DNA from: Paramicrosporidium saccamoebae KSL3
Lineage: Eukaryota > Fungi > Cryptomycota
Reading direction: 5' to 3'
DNA: 10,197 nt
Assembly: GCA_002794465.1 (NCBI GenBank)
Contig: MTSL01000141.1
Span: 1 to 10,197, forward strand
This document shows positions 8,596 to 10,197 of this stretch, in pieces. Within the stretch, counting starts at the first letter, position 1, and every line of letters starts with the position of its first letter. Position numbers and translations under genes: made by a program. Below the pieces are notes generated by a model. That model was not told where the DNA came from and ran no database searches. It worked only from the letters and a program-made list of their open reading frames with translations.

Positions 8596-9053
8596 ACAAC
8601 GGCAACTAGGGAATAGATCGGCTAGCAATGTTGTTATACAATCACTGCAGTCCGGATCTAAGGATCTCTAAGAGTCTCAGCAATCATGATCATTACAAGT
8701 GCCACCAGTCCAAAATAAATAGCGAGTCTTTAGGTATGCGCAGTTGCAATTGTCAAAACGTATGCACGTTCTTGCAGCACTCGACCATCCTATCTAACAA
8801 TTCCTCCTCTCTTACAAATGATATCTAATCAATCATCGCTGCTGGTTCTCAGTGAGGCATGGTAAGCCAACTCGCTACGTTTAAGGCCCAATAGCTCCCA
8901 TTGGAGGCTACGATCTGATGATGAGTCTTGCCCCATAAATGAAGACGATATTTAATGAAATGAGCTCTCGCTTGAAGTATCGCAATAAGGAGTTCCTGTA
9001 TGTAGGCTGTTGTATTACCACGGGGCACTTAGCATGGGGTTCTCTCTCTGCTG

Positions 9054-9129
9054 CCGGGGTATTCGTTGCAATCATGAAACTGTCGCTCGTAGCACTGTGC
9101 CTTTCCGTCTCTGTCAAAGTCATATCTGG
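9054..9129 (+). repeat. Copy 2 of the 76-bp 5'UTR plus signal-peptide segment
   Basis: 72 of 76 nt are identical to 7166-7241. Confidence 0.95.
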
Positions 9130-10197
9130 CTCTTCCTTAGATATTCGCAGTACTGAACAACCTAGGGAACTTATCGCCGAATTTCAGGCATCCTTGGAGG
9201 AAAGGTTCCAACTCGACTCCATCAACGGACGGCCTGAGAATGTACCTGACATGAGGGGCATATCGCATGAGTTGCGTGTATGGTTTTCTGCTAAATATGA
9301 TGGTACTTGTTGGCAAGCCGACTCGGACTTGGTCTGGGGTATAGACTTGTCAACTTTTCTCCCTTCCATTCTACTTGCTGACAACCCAATTTTCCTTGAA
9401 CGTTTATCGCCGCCCTTGGTCTCAGAAGTGATGAAACCATTAAATCTGATCAAGTATGACGCTGTGAACCTTGCAAAGACTTTGCCTGACCTGGCTGACT
9501 TTGCGGACACACTTCTACACCTGTTTCAGTCCGAGGGGATTATCAGGCTGAAATCTCAGCGTGATGAGGTAGATTTTGATTTAAAGTCAGCGATGAAGAA
9601 TGTCAGCATTGAGACTCTTGATAGTTACATCACCCAAGACCTGTGGAGACCAACGATGGATGATGTCTGTGATGCAGTCAAATCCAATGCGCAGCACTTG
9701 CAGCTCCTCTCGAAAGTGGCAAGTAGAATTCCCCATATGCTCTATCTCAACAGACTGAGTAAGGATGGCCGTGAAGATGTCCTTGGCTACATCCTTTCGC
9801 TGAATCTTGATTGGAAGCCGAGTTTGAAACACTTCCATGATGCCATTTTCGGCGGTTTTGAAGGCGCGTTAAAGTTTTATGCCTCTGTCGATCCCGACGT
9901 ATCTCCATCAAAAGAAGATTCGCTAAGATGCGCATATGTGTTCGAACATTGGGGCGTTCTTGCGTTTTGTCTGGAACGATGGCCCCAATATGTTTCAAGT
10001 GCATTTAAAAGACTAAGAACGCTGCGGCAAGGTGAGATTGATGTTGTTAGTAAACGGGGATTTGTAAAACTTGCTGAATGGGCTACCGCCGCCAATATCA
10101 AAAAAGAAGAAAAAGAAGCTGCTGAGAGGTTAGCCCTGAAGACGACTGCTCCAAAAGAGCATTTAAAAGTTCTCGTACAGCGTATTATCGTTAATCC
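9074..10197 (+). CDS. Paralog B of the secreted ankyrin-like protein, 3'-truncated by the window end (at least 374 aa)
   Basis: Manually translated with no stop before the edge: MKLSLVALCLSVSVKVISGSSLD... It shares LADNP, DAVNLAKTLPDL, FYASVDPD and FCLxRWPQ with paralog A. It is absent from the ORF track, presumably because it has no stop codon. Confidence 0.85.
   Translation, partial: MKLSLVALCLSVSVKVISGSSLDIRSTEQPRELIAEFQASLEERFQLDSINGRPENVPDMRGISHELRVWFSAKYDGTCWQADSDLVWGIDLSTFLPSILLADNPIFLERLSPPLVSEVMKPLNLIKYDAVNLAKTLPDLADFADTLLHLFQSEGIIRLKSQRDEVDFDLKSAMKNVSIETLDSYITQDLWRPTMDDVCDAVKSNAQHLQLLSKVASRIPHMLYLNRLSKDGREDVLGYILSLNLDWKPSLKHFHDAIFGGFEGALKFYASVDPDVSPSKEDSLRCAYVFEHWGVLAFCLERWPQYVSSAFKRLRTLRQGEIDVVSKRGFVKLAEWATAANIKKEEKEAAERLALKTTAPKEHLKVLVQRIIVN

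Noticed and set aside
234-10101. Numerous 60-190-aa antisense or alternate-frame ORFs in the track (e.g. 234-809, 903-1193, 3926-4444, 9184-9510)
   Set aside because: They overlap better-supported genes and have no recognisable motifs, consistent with shadow ORFs.

Overview
Compact eukaryotic (not prokaryotic) genomic window in the standard genetic code, with ~30-nt GT-AG introns and intergenic gaps of 27-500 bp. From left to right: (1) an 8-bp tandem array at the window edge; (2) a + strand gene for a 381-aa protein with a fused H2B-like/H2A-like histone-fold doublet, an SP-rich tail and a short coiled coil; (3) an SLC35F5/THI74-like EamA transporter on the minus strand; (4) an orphan ORF on the minus strand; (5) a three-exon RTEL1-type FeS helicase with a harmonin-like domain and a C3HC4 RING; (6) two tandem + strand paralogs encoding signal-peptide proteins with short ankyrin-like repeats, the second truncated by the window end and absent from the ORF track. 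A genome-reduced, fungus-related parasite (Rozellomycota/early microsporidia-like) fits these traits, but that assignment is inference only. The best leads are the histone-fold doublet and the secreted repeat family, whose two copies share a near-identical 5'UTR plus signal-peptide cassette.
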